DNA from: Candidatus Magasanikbacteria bacterium GW2011_GWA2_56_11
GTDB lineage: Bacteria; Patescibacteriota; Patescibacteriia; Magasanikbacterales; UBA922
Length of the DNA: 64,000 nt
NCBI GenBank assembly: GCA_001004885.1
Contig: LCRX01000014.1
Span: 1,565-65,564, forward strand
Reading direction: 5' to 3'
In this document: positions 41,207-50,181 of the stretch, piece by piece
Numbering within the stretch: position 1 is the first letter of the stretch
Layout of the letters: each line of letters starts with the position of its first letter
Notes under the pieces: model-generated
Told to the model about the DNA's origin: nothing
Database searches by the model: none
Seen by the model: the letters and a program-made list of their open reading frames with translations, nothing else
Made by a program: the position numbers and the translations under genes

Positions 41207-42019
41207 ATGGCAAACCTAATCGAAATTCTAACACGAGAGATAAAATTGCGCAATTACAGCCCAAAAACGCTGGCGGCCTATGTTTTTGTTGTCAGGGACA
41301 TCTATGCCTTTCACCAGCGGCCGCCAAAGGAACTCACAACTGAAGATATAAAGGACTACCTCCTGGCCAAGCAAAAAAAAGGCCTGTCAAGCCAGACCGT
41401 CGCCCTTTATGCCAACGCGCTCAACTTTCTCTATGGCGAGGTGTACAAACGCCCCAACTTTGTCCGGATTAAACACCCCAAACGGTCCTCACGGCTCCCG
41501 GTGGTGCTGCGCCGGGACGAAATCGAGCGATTGTTGGCTGTCATCAAAAATATTAAGCACCGAACGCTGGTGGCGCTGGCCTATGGCGCCGGACTCCGAG
41601 TGGGCGAGGCGGTGCGTCTCAGGGTCGCGGACATTGACCTTGACGAGCTCACGATAACCGTGCGCCAAGGAAAGGGTAAAAAAGACAGGCTGACCGTTCT
41701 ATCCGCAAGTCTGACGCCGGACTTGCGTGAATTTATGACTGGCAAAACTGGCCAAGCGTATATTTTCGGCAGCGAACGGGGCGGCCGTTTAACCGAAGCC
41801 ACCGCGCAAAAAGTATTCGTCCGCGCGCTCCAAAAAGCCGGCGTTGTAAAGCCGGCCACCTTCCATTCGCTGCGCCACTCCTTCGCCACTCACCTCTTGG
41901 AAAACGGCGTGGACGTGCGCTATGTGCAAGAGCTATTGGGACACGCCAATATCCGCACCACGCAAATTTATACCAAAGTAACGAATCCAAGGCTCAAAAA
42001 TATCAAAAGCCCCCTATGA
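41207..42019 (+). CDS. tyrosine recombinase (SAM-like N-terminus, integron-integrase-like, no IntI insertion)
   Basis: LRNYSPKTLAAY, LPVVL, YGAGLR, QGKGKKDR, HSLRHSFATHLLE and LLGHANIRTTQIYT. Confidence 0.93.
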   Translation: MANLIEILTREIKLRNYSPKTLAAYVFVVRDIYAFHQRPPKELTTEDIKDYLLAKQKKGLSSQTVALYANALNFLYGEVYKRPNFVRIKHPKRSSRLPVVLRRDEIERLLAVIKNIKHRTLVALAYGAGLRVGEAVRLRVADIDLDELTITVRQGKGKKDRLTVLSASLTPDLREFMTGKTGQAYIFGSERGGRLTEATAQKVFVRALQKAGVVKPATFHSLRHSFATHLLENGVDVRYVQELLGHANIRTTQIYTKVTNPRLKNIKSPL

Positions 42020-43680
42020 CCCCGGCCGAACAAATCTTGACGGCCGTCATGGCCACGCGTCCGACCACCAAAACCCAATTTGACCAAGCCCGGGCGGGTA
42101 TTTGCGGCCAGCTCAAAATTCAGCAGATGCCGAATCGCGAACTTTTGGAAGCCTACCGGCGCCTGGTCAAAAAGAAAAAGATTGTCGCGGACAAAATCAT
42201 AGAAAATTTTTTGCGTAAAGCCGAAATCCGCAGCCTCTCGGGCATCGCGGTCGTTACCTCGCTCCTCAAGCCCTACGCCTGCCCGGGAGAATGCGTCTAC
42301 TGCCCGACCGAGAAGAGAATGCCCAAGAGCTATATCGCCACCGAGCCGGCCGCGGCGCGAGCGCTCGCCCTCAAATTCAGCCCCTACGAGCAGATGCGCC
42401 AGCGCGTTCTCATGCTCGAAAAAAACGGACACCGGACGGACAAGATTGAGTATATAGTCAAGGGCGGAACGTGGAATGCCTATACCCTCGGTTACCAGTA
42501 CTGGTTTATCCTCGAGTCTTTCCGGGCGGCCAACGAGATACGCCGGCGCAATCCGCCGGCGGCGCAGTACTCCGAGCATACCCCGGTCAGCGAGCTGCAA
42601 GAGGCCTTGGAGCGCGAGCAAAGGCGCAACGAAACCGCCAAGCACCGGATTATCGGGCTCACCCTTGAAACTCGGCCCGACGCCATTTCTCCCCGAACTA
42701 TAGGCCATCTGCGCCGGCAGGGCTGCACGCGGGTAGAGCTCGGACTCCAGGCGCCGGACGACCGGATACTCGCGCTCATTAAACGTGGGCACACCGTGGA
42801 GCAGTTTCGCGCGGCTATGCTTCTTTTGCGCCAGGCCGGATTCAAGGTGGATCTGCATTTCATGCCGGATCTGCCCGGCACTACGCCCGCGCATGATGTC
42901 GAGATGTACGCGTCTCTCTTTAGCGATCCGGGCCTCAAGCCGGACATGGTGAAGATTTATCCGAGCATGGTCGTCAAATCGGCCGAACTTTACCAGTGGT
43001 TCCTCGACGGCCGGTACAAACCGTATGGCGACACGCCGGAGCTGGCCGAGGCGCTGATCAAAATGAAGCTCGCGACCCCGCGCTACTGCCGCCTCTCGCG
43101 GCTCATCCGCGATATCCCGGCCAACGAAATCTCCGGCGGCAACGCGGTAACCAATCTGCGCGAACTTTTGGCCGCGCGCCTCAAAAAAGATAATAAACGC
43201 TGCGTCTGCCTGCGCTGCCGCGAGATCGGCCGGCAGCAGCCCTTATCCCCTCCTGACTCCGCGCCGGAACTCTTTATTGACAAATACAAAACTACCGGCG
43301 GCACCGAATATTTTTTAAGTTTTGAAGACCAAAAACGCACCGCTGTCTTCGGCTTTTTGCGCTTGCGCCTGCCGGACTTGGGCCAAACGGCAGCCGTACC
43401 GGCGCTAAAAAAACTTTATGAGTCGTTGCCGGAGATAAGGCAGGCCGCCTTTATCCGCGAGCTGCACGTCTACGGGCAGCTGGTCGGCATCGGCCAACGC
43501 GACCATAAGTCCAGCCAGCACAAAGGAGTGGGGAAAAAACTCATGGCCGCGGCCGAAAGAATTGCCCGCCGGGGCGGGTACCGGAAAATTGCCGTCATCT
43601 CGGGCGTGGGAGTCCGCGATTATTATCGCCGCCTGGGCTACCGCAAAAGTGGCAGCTACCTGGCAAAAAAACTGGCTTGA
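42016..43680 (+). CDS. elp3: Elp3 tRNA U34 carboxymethyltransferase (radical SAM + KAT)
   Basis: CPGECVYCP, LETRPD, CLRCREI, IRELHVYG and VISGVGVRDYYRRLGY. Confidence 0.93.
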   Translation: MTPAEQILTAVMATRPTTKTQFDQARAGICGQLKIQQMPNRELLEAYRRLVKKKKIVADKIIENFLRKAEIRSLSGIAVVTSLLKPYACPGECVYCPTEKRMPKSYIATEPAAARALALKFSPYEQMRQRVLMLEKNGHRTDKIEYIVKGGTWNAYTLGYQYWFILESFRAANEIRRRNPPAAQYSEHTPVSELQEALEREQRRNETAKHRIIGLTLETRPDAISPRTIGHLRRQGCTRVELGLQAPDDRILALIKRGHTVEQFRAAMLLLRQAGFKVDLHFMPDLPGTTPAHDVEMYASLFSDPGLKPDMVKIYPSMVVKSAELYQWFLDGRYKPYGDTPELAEALIKMKLATPRYCRLSRLIRDIPANEISGGNAVTNLRELLAARLKKDNKRCVCLRCREIGRQQPLSPPDSAPELFIDKYKTTGGTEYFLSFEDQKRTAVFGFLRLRLPDLGQTAAVPALKKLYESLPEIRQAAFIRELHVYGQLVGIGQRDHKSSQHKGVGKKLMAAAERIARRGGYRKIAVISGVGVRDYYRRLGYRKSGSYLAKKLA

Positions 43681-43798
43681 AAGCGCGCCGATAACCGATT
43701 ACTTCTCCGGTTTCCGTACCGCCCAGTTTATCATTTTTTATTGACAAAAAGCCCCGAACGTGGTTAGCTAGCGCTGTCATGCTAAAGGAGCAAGAAGA

Positions 43799-44104
43799 AT
43801 GGAAGCTGCCGATGTGCTGTCCAAGGTGGTCATCTGGCTCTTCGCGGGGATGTACTTCGCCGGGATGGCCGGCCTCGCGATTTACAGCCTGTGGTTCGTC
43901 TTCTCCAGGCTGAAGCGCCGGTGGTCGCAACTCCCGGATCTCCCCCTGGCGCGAAAGCCGGGAAACCTTGACCCGGGCCGGCTCCACGGTCGCCAAAGCT
44001 GGCCCTGCCCCTACTGCCGCCTTCCCGCGGGTTTCGAGCCGGATCTAGGCATGTTCCGGTGCGACCCCTGTCGCGTCTCCTTCCGCCGTTACGACGCGGC
44101 CTGA
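43799..44104 (+). CDS. TM + zinc-ribbon hypothetical protein
   Basis: AAGGAG RBS, one TM, CPYC...CDPC; TTGACA at 43741. Confidence 0.6.
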   Translation: MEAADVLSKVVIWLFAGMYFAGMAGLAIYSLWFVFSRLKRRWSQLPDLPLARKPGNLDPGRLHGRQSWPCPYCRLPAGFEPDLGMFRCDPCRVSFRRYDAA

Positions 44105-44185
44105 CATGGGCGGCTCCCGTCTTCCTTGGACCGGAGCCGCCACAACTCATCCGGCCACGGCTGCCTATATAGGCAGTTTTTATTT

Positions 44186-45082
44186 TTAAGCGAAAGCCAA
44201 AACGATCACCCCCGCCGCCACGCAGGCGGTCGCCGCCAGCTTAAGCAGCAAATTCCGGCGGTCGGTCTCCTCCCGGAGAGCCTCGGGGCGGTAGCGGGAA
44301 ATGAGCGCCGAAACGGCAAAAACGAACAGGGCTTGGAAACCCTCGAGCGAGAGCACCAGCGCGGCCGGACCGAGCGACAGCGCCCACTGATTGAGGAGAA
44401 TGCCGGCGTAGTCAATAAAAGTGGCGGCGGCCACCATGCCAAACAGAGGCGCCGACATTGACTTTACTGTCGCGGTAAAATCCCGCCGAAACGGACGCCA
44501 GGCAAAGAACACCAGAGAGACCAAAAGCTTAATCACGCTTATCAGCACAAACAGCGAACTGAAAGAAACGTATTGCGTAATGTAGCGCACCATCACCACG
44601 TACCCGGCCGACTCCAGACAGGCGAGCACCATCCAGAACAGGGCCCGAGAGAAAACGACCTGCCGCCCGCCAAAATGCAACGAGGCCAGGATTGCCCCGC
44701 CCAGAAGGAGAGTCAGGGCCAGGAGCTGGCCGCTGTTCAATTTTTCCCCGATCGTCACCCAGGCCAGCCCCAAAGTAAAAAGCGGAATCAGATTCCACCA
44801 GATGTTGATCCGGCTCACCTCCTCGATTTCCAGCGCCTTGAAATAACAAATAATGCCGAGCGTGTAGCCCACGCCTGCGAGTATGACCCACCTCATCACG
44901 GCCCATTCCGGCCACGCAAAATCAATAAACGGCAGGAGGGCGAGACTAAAAAGTCCGATAATGTCGGTGAGGACAAAATAGACAAAAATATTTTTGATAC
45001 GATTGCCGACAATAAATTTGTCGCCGATGCAGGCCAATCCCCACAGGGCATGCGCCCCGAGAGCGAGCGGTATCCAGAGCAT
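44186..45082 (-). CDS. EamA/DMT transporter
   Basis: About ten TM segments; FKALEIEEVSR and IGEKL. Confidence 0.85.
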   Translation of the reverse strand: MLWIPLALGAHALWGLACIGDKFIVGNRIKNIFVYFVLTDIIGLFSLALLPFIDFAWPEWAVMRWVILAGVGYTLGIICYFKALEIEEVSRINIWWNLIPLFTLGLAWVTIGEKLNSGQLLALTLLLGGAILASLHFGGRQVVFSRALFWMVLACLESAGYVVMVRYITQYVSFSSLFVLISVIKLLVSLVFFAWRPFRRDFTATVKSMSAPLFGMVAAATFIDYAGILLNQWALSLGPAALVLSLEGFQALFVFAVSALISRYRPEALREETDRRNLLLKLAATACVAAGVIVLAFA

Positions 45083-45088
45083 AGACGG

Positions 45089-46321
45089 TCAGCGGGTTAA
45101 ATAATCTCGCCCCTTAAGTTCGGGCGGCAGATATTCCTGCTCCACCGGCTCATCGTAATCCGGATTGTATTTGTAATCCCGTCCGTAGCCGATATCTTTC
45201 ATGAACTTCGTCGGCGCGTTGCGCAGGTGCAGAGGCACTCCTAGATGCGACGTCTCGCGCGCGTCGCGCGCCGCCTTCTCGTAGGCCGCATAGAGCAGAT
45301 TGGATTTTTTCGACCGGGCGCAGTATGCGACTGCCTGGGCCAGATGAACCGCGCACTCCGGCAGTCCGATCTTATGGCAGGCGTCATAGGCGGCGTTCGC
45401 CTGGATAAGCGCCTCGCCGTTGGCGAGGCCGATATCCTCGCTCGCGAACCGCAGCACCCGGCGGGCGACATAGAGCGGATCGGCTCCGCCCTCAAGCATC
45501 CGGGCCAGCCAGTAAAGAGCGGCGCTGGCATCGGAACCGCGCATGGATTTGTGCAAAGCCGAGATAAGATTGTAAAATTCCTCGCCGTTTTTATCAAATA
45601 CCAAGTGCACCCGCTGCATTGCTTCCTTGAAATCATCGGCGGTCAGTTTCACCTTTCCTTTGACCGCTTGCGGCTTGGATTTAACGGCGAGCTCGAGTCC
45701 GTTCAACGCCCGGCGCGCGTCGCCGCCCGCGAGCGCGGCGAGAAACCGGAGCGCCTCGCGATCCGCCGCCGCGCCGCTCTCCCCGAGGCCGCGCTCTTTG
45801 TCGCCGAGCGCCCGCTCAAGCAGTTTCAAAATATCATCTTCGCTCAGGCGCTCCAAGACGAAAACCTGCGAGCGGGACAAGAGCGCCCCGATGATTTCAA
45901 ACGACGGATTTTCGGTCGTCGCGCCAATGAGGGTAATAATCCCCTTTTCCACGTATGGTAAAAGCGCGTCCTGCTGCGCCTTGTTCCAACGATGGATTTC
46001 GTCCACGAATAAAACCGTACGCTGGCCAAAAGCCTGGCGGTTTTCCTCGGCCTGCCTCACGGCCTTGCCCAGATCGGCTTTCCCGCTCTCGACGGCGGAC
46101 AAACTAACGAAGGCCGACTGGGTCTGGCGCGCGATAATATGCGCGAGCGTAGTCTTGCCTACACCCGGGGGTCCCCAAAGTATGAGCGAAGACAACTCGT
46201 CATTCTCGACCAGCGTGCGCAAAAGTTTCCCCGGGCCGACAATATGTTCCTGGCCCGCAAACTCGTCGAACGCGCGCGGGCGCATGCGATCAGCCAGCGG
46301 GGGTGAGGGCGGTGTTTTCAT
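45089..46321 (-). CDS. rarA: replication-associated recombination protein A
   Basis: PLADRMRP, WGPPGVGKTT, GATTENPSF and ISALHKSMRGSD. Confidence 0.95.
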   Translation of the reverse strand: MKTPPSPPLADRMRPRAFDEFAGQEHIVGPGKLLRTLVENDELSSLILWGPPGVGKTTLAHIIARQTQSAFVSLSAVESGKADLGKAVRQAEENRQAFGQRTVLFVDEIHRWNKAQQDALLPYVEKGIITLIGATTENPSFEIIGALLSRSQVFVLERLSEDDILKLLERALGDKERGLGESGAAADREALRFLAALAGGDARRALNGLELAVKSKPQAVKGKVKLTADDFKEAMQRVHLVFDKNGEEFYNLISALHKSMRGSDASAALYWLARMLEGGADPLYVARRVLRFASEDIGLANGEALIQANAAYDACHKIGLPECAVHLAQAVAYCARSKKSNLLYAAYEKAARDARETSHLGVPLHLRNAPTKFMKDIGYGRDYKYNPDYDEPVEQEYLPPELKGRDYLTR

Positions 46322-47324
46322 ACGCAGTTCTAAAAAAATCCCGGGCGCGGCCGATTACAGCCACGTTTTTGGCGCCGGCGTCTTTTACCAAATGAATATT
46401 CTCCGGTGCAATGCCGCCGATCGCTACCAGGGGGATAGTCACAGCCGGTACAGCCTCTAGGACCGCCTCCAGTCCGACCGGTTCGCGCTCGGCCTTGGCC
46501 GCTGTCCTGAATACCGGGCCGAGACTGGCATAGTCCGCCCCGTCTCTTTGGGAAGCAAGCAGCTGGTCGAGCGACTGATTCGATCGCCCGATAATTTTTG
46601 CACTTCCCACCAGGCGCCGCGCCGCGGCCACATTCATGTCCTGGCCGATGTGCACGCCCGCAACCGGGAGCCGGGCCGCGATATCCGGGTAGTCGTTCAG
46701 TATGAACACGGGCGGTTCGTGAACCCTGGGCGCACGAGCGCTTTGCTCCTGAATATACGCGCAGAGTTTGCGGGCTTTATCAAACACCTCTGCCGGAGAG
46801 CTGGTTTTGTCCCTCAATTGTACCACCCGGGCGCCCTGCTCGATAAACCAGATAAGGTCGGCGACATTTGCGGACAAAGGATAAACTATGCCCCGTTCAA
46901 AATACTTGCGCAGCCAGTAGTGCGGCGTGCGCGCCAGGAGCTGGTACTCCAAAGTATATACCCGATACCGGATATCTTCCAGACGAAAAACTGCGCCCGG
47001 AGCGTACAATTTTCCGAACTCTTCCAATACCCGCAGCGCCTCGGCCACGCGGCGGCTGTTGGCCCGGATGATAGACCACAAAGACGGGCGCTCGAGAGCA
47101 GGTCCGGTCATCCGGCCGGAGCCGACATCTACTCCCCGGCGGGCGCGCACCATCCCGGCCGGCCCGAAATCTGCCTCCAGCTCCGGCAGGCGATGGCGCA
47201 GTTCTTTGGCGACCGAGCTCAAAGTGCTGTCCCGGAGCCCAAACCGGGCGCTATCTTCGAGCACGCGCAAACCTTCGTACACCCGGGCAAAATTTGCGTC
47301 TATTAGCGAAAAATCACGGTTCAT
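46290..47324 (-). CDS. thiE: thiamine-phosphate synthase with N-terminal ThiD2-like domain
   Basis: IDANFARVYEGLRVLED, VVQLRDK, ILND, GVHIGQD and LVAIGGI. Confidence 0.8.
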   Translation of the reverse strand: MNRDFSLIDANFARVYEGLRVLEDSARFGLRDSTLSSVAKELRHRLPELEADFGPAGMVRARRGVDVGSGRMTGPALERPSLWSIIRANSRRVAEALRVLEEFGKLYAPGAVFRLEDIRYRVYTLEYQLLARTPHYWLRKYFERGIVYPLSANVADLIWFIEQGARVVQLRDKTSSPAEVFDKARKLCAYIQEQSARAPRVHEPPVFILNDYPDIAARLPVAGVHIGQDMNVAAARRLVGSAKIIGRSNQSLDQLLASQRDGADYASLGPVFRTAAKAEREPVGLEAVLEAVPAVTIPLVAIGGIAPENIHLVKDAGAKNVAVIGRARDFFRTAYENTALTPAG

Positions 47325-47394
47325 AGCCGGCTTGATTAACCAGTGCGCCCATGTTACCATACCCTTGTAAGGCGTGTAAACGTAATTTTGCTCT

Positions 47395-47784
47395 ATGAAA
47401 CTCCCCCCGAATTCCCTCATTGCCTCGGGTCCGGTCATTATCGAAGACGGCCGGGTGCTTCTGAACCGCGAACAAAAGGACACCGGCGTTACCCCCTGGA
47501 TGTTTCCGGGCGGCGAAGTGGAAGATTTTGACATTTCCCTCGAAGAGGCCTGCCGGCGCGAAGTGAAAGAAGAAATGAATCTCGAGGTGGAAATCATCCG
47601 GCCGCTCCGGCCGGTAATGCTCCACGAGAACGGCCGCGTTATTATTCTCATCCATTACCTGGCCAAACGCCGCGGCGAAGTTACGCCCGGAGCCAATATC
47701 GTTGAGTGGGCCTGGCACGACATCAATCAATTGCCGGCTAACTGCGCGCCCAATGTATACGAGGTAGTCAAAAGCCTTGACTGA
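47395..47784 (+). CDS. NUDIX hydrolase
   Basis: PGGEVE..EEACRREVKEE. Confidence 0.85.
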   Translation: MKLPPNSLIASGPVIIEDGRVLLNREQKDTGVTPWMFPGGEVEDFDISLEEACRREVKEEMNLEVEIIRPLRPVMLHENGRVIILIHYLAKRRGEVTPGANIVEWAWHDINQLPANCAPNVYEVVKSLD

Positions 47785-47900
47785 GAAAAACGGCCAAACT
47801 ATGATTTTCGAATCCCTCGAATTCAAATAAACACGACCGGAACTCGCCCGATGTACTGCCGTCGGTGAGCCTGATTCGTGTTTATTTTTTTTACCGCGTT

Positions 47901-49151
47901 ATGAACAAAATTCCGCTCCAAAATTTTGATCCGGAGGTCGCCGGGGCGATACGGCACGAACTGGCGCGCCAGGAATCCGGCCTCGAAATGATCCCGTCGG
48001 AAAACTTCGTTTCCCTGGCGGTTCTCGAGGCTCTGGGTTCGGTAACTACCAACAAATATTCGGAAGGTTATCCGGGCAACCGCTATTACGGCGGCTGCGA
48101 GTACATCGACATTATTGAGCAGCTGGCCATCGACCGGGCCAAGCAGCTTTTCGGCGCCGAGCACGTGAACGTGCAGCCGCTATCGGGCGCGCCGGCTAAT
48201 ATCGCGGTTTATCTCGGACTCATGGAGCCGGGAGATACTATTCTCGGCATGGACCTGTCGCACGGCGGGCACCTCACCCACGGCCATCCGGTAACCTACA
48301 TGGCCAAGATCTTCAACTTTATCCGGTACAAAACCGACGCCGAGGGCAAGATAGACCTGGATCACTTGCGCCAGATGGCGCTCGAGCACCGGCCAAAAGT
48401 AATCCTCGTGGGCTACAGCGCCTATTCCCGGGACATTGACTATGCCGCCGTCAAGCAAATCGCCGAGGAGGTCGGCGCCATTACCATCGCGGATATCGCC
48501 CACATCGCCGGCATCATTGCCGCCGGCCACATGAATAATCCGGTGCCGCTGTTCGACGTGGTTTTGACCACGACGCACAAGACTCTGCGCGGACCGCGCG
48601 GCGGCATGATAATGTGCCGGGAAAAATTCGCCAAAATCCTCGACAAGGCTGTCTTCCCCGGCTTCCAGGGCGGACCGCACGAAAACGTGATCGCGGCCAA
48701 AGCCGTGGCTTTCAAAGAAGCGCTGCAGCCGGACTTCAAAACCTACGCCAAGCAAATACTGCTCAACGCCAAAACGCTGGAGCGCAAATTTCGGGAGTAC
48801 GGCTACCGGATTATGTTCGGCGGCACCGACAACCACTTGCTCCTGGTGGACGTTACGCCCCAAGGATTGACCGGCAAGGAAGCCCAGCTGGCCTTCGACA
48901 AGGCCGGCATTACGCTCAACAAAAACATGATTCCCGACGATCCGCGCTCGCCGATGAACCCCTCCGGCATCCGCTTCGGCACGCCGGCCCTGACCACGCG
49001 CGGCATGAAAGAGCCAGAAATGGAGCTGATTGCCGGCATGATGAACGAGGTGGTGGAACACCGCGCCGATGACGCTTATCTCCTGGGCGTCAAAGAACGC
49101 GTCGGCGAGCTGACCCGCCGCTTCCCCCTTTATCCGGAACTGGCGCGCTAA
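47901..49151 (+). CDS. glyA: serine hydroxymethyltransferase
   Basis: IPSENF, NKYSEGYPG, GGHLTHG and TTTHKTLRGPRGG. Confidence 0.97.
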   Translation: MNKIPLQNFDPEVAGAIRHELARQESGLEMIPSENFVSLAVLEALGSVTTNKYSEGYPGNRYYGGCEYIDIIEQLAIDRAKQLFGAEHVNVQPLSGAPANIAVYLGLMEPGDTILGMDLSHGGHLTHGHPVTYMAKIFNFIRYKTDAEGKIDLDHLRQMALEHRPKVILVGYSAYSRDIDYAAVKQIAEEVGAITIADIAHIAGIIAAGHMNNPVPLFDVVLTTTHKTLRGPRGGMIMCREKFAKILDKAVFPGFQGGPHENVIAAKAVAFKEALQPDFKTYAKQILLNAKTLERKFREYGYRIMFGGTDNHLLLVDVTPQGLTGKEAQLAFDKAGITLNKNMIPDDPRSPMNPSGIRFGTPALTTRGMKEPEMELIAGMMNEVVEHRADDAYLLGVKERVGELTRRFPLYPELAR

Positions 49152-49153
49152 CT

Positions 49154-49606
49154 ATGGAGTACGTCTCCCGCTCTCCCGAGGAAACCCGGCAAATAGCGGC
49201 CCGGCTCGCCGCCGCGCTTCGGGGCGGCGATGTTGTCGCCTTGTCCGGCGACCTCGGCGCCGGCAAGACCACTTTCGTCCAAGGTCTGGCTCGGGCGCTC
49301 GGCGTCGCGGCCGAAATAACCAGCCCGACGTTTACGCTCATGAATGTTTATAGCCTTGTTGGACCCGACCCCACCCTCAAATATCTGGTACACATAGATA
49401 CCTACCGGCTGAAAAACGAAGACGAGCTCTTGGCTGTCGGCGCCGAAGACTACATCGGGGACCCGGCGAGCCTGTGCCTCATCGAATGGCCGGAAAAAAT
49501 ACCGGGGCTGCTTCGGGGCAAAAACCTGGCCACCGTTTCTTTGGCGCATACAGATCCGGCGACACGCACTATTTGTATAACAAAAAAACACCTGTCCGGT
49601 GTCTAG
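49154..49606 (+). CDS. tsaE: t6A biosynthesis ATPase TsaE
   Basis: GDLGAGKTT, SPTFTL, HIDTYRL and IEWPE. Confidence 0.95.
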   Translation: MEYVSRSPEETRQIAARLAAALRGGDVVALSGDLGAGKTTFVQGLARALGVAAEITSPTFTLMNVYSLVGPDPTLKYLVHIDTYRLKNEDELLAVGAEDYIGDPASLCLIEWPEKIPGLLRGKNLATVSLAHTDPATRTICITKKHLSGV

Positions 49607-49960
49607 CTTGGTTGAGGGTGCGGGGGATGGACGCAGCGACTCGCGAAGCCAGCTGTTGCCGGCAATCGGCGTGAACGCTGTGTCCAATCCCCCAAACCCC
49701 TCCTTTGTTCCGGGCTCCGGTACTCGCCAGCCTTTGGTCGGCCGGTGAGCCTTTGGTCCTATGCGCTTTTCGCGCCTGGTTCTCCCGCGCCGCAGCGCGG
49801 GTTATGTCTCTCTTGTAGGCGGGCGACTAAAATTGTCGCCGCCCCCCTACACATTCAAGGTGGACCCCCTCTCACCTTTGGCCCCGAGAGGCCACGTGGT
49901 TGCCGCTTGGAACTAACGACCGCCGTCCGCGAGGGACGAGCGGCGCAGGTCGCAGAGCAT
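49582..49960 (-). ncRNA. unassigned ~380-nt structured RNA
   Basis: TTGAAT-17-TAATAT promoter (49995-49967), at least eight consecutive stems, a terminal hairpin with T7, and no credible ORF. Confidence 0.6.
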
Positions 49961-50181
49961 GGCCAGATATTAGCAGCTAATGCTAGCTTATTCAAGGACC
50001 TTTATTCCGGGGTTATCCACAACGAGGCAGAGCGCTCTTTCGCCGGCAAAGACAAGGCAGTCTTATCATATAATGCCGTCCGAAAAAGCGGATACAAAAA
50101 AACCGCCTCTAGCGGAATTTCGATTACGCATCCACCTCTGCGACCCAAACTAATTCCCGCCCGCAAACAACACCTCTGGCG

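Larger units (their letters stand above)
28755..42019. mobile_element. chromosomal integron-like element: divergent recombinase, attI-like core and cassette array
   Basis: AT-rich block of co-oriented minus-strand genes separated by palindromic YAAC...GTTR sites, next to a divergent tyrosine recombinase. Confidence 0.88.

Noticed and set aside
41207-42019. Housekeeping XerC/XerD or prophage integrase
   Set aside because: The context (attI-like core, divergent cassette array) fits an integron-like role; no phage genes or flanking att repeats were seen.
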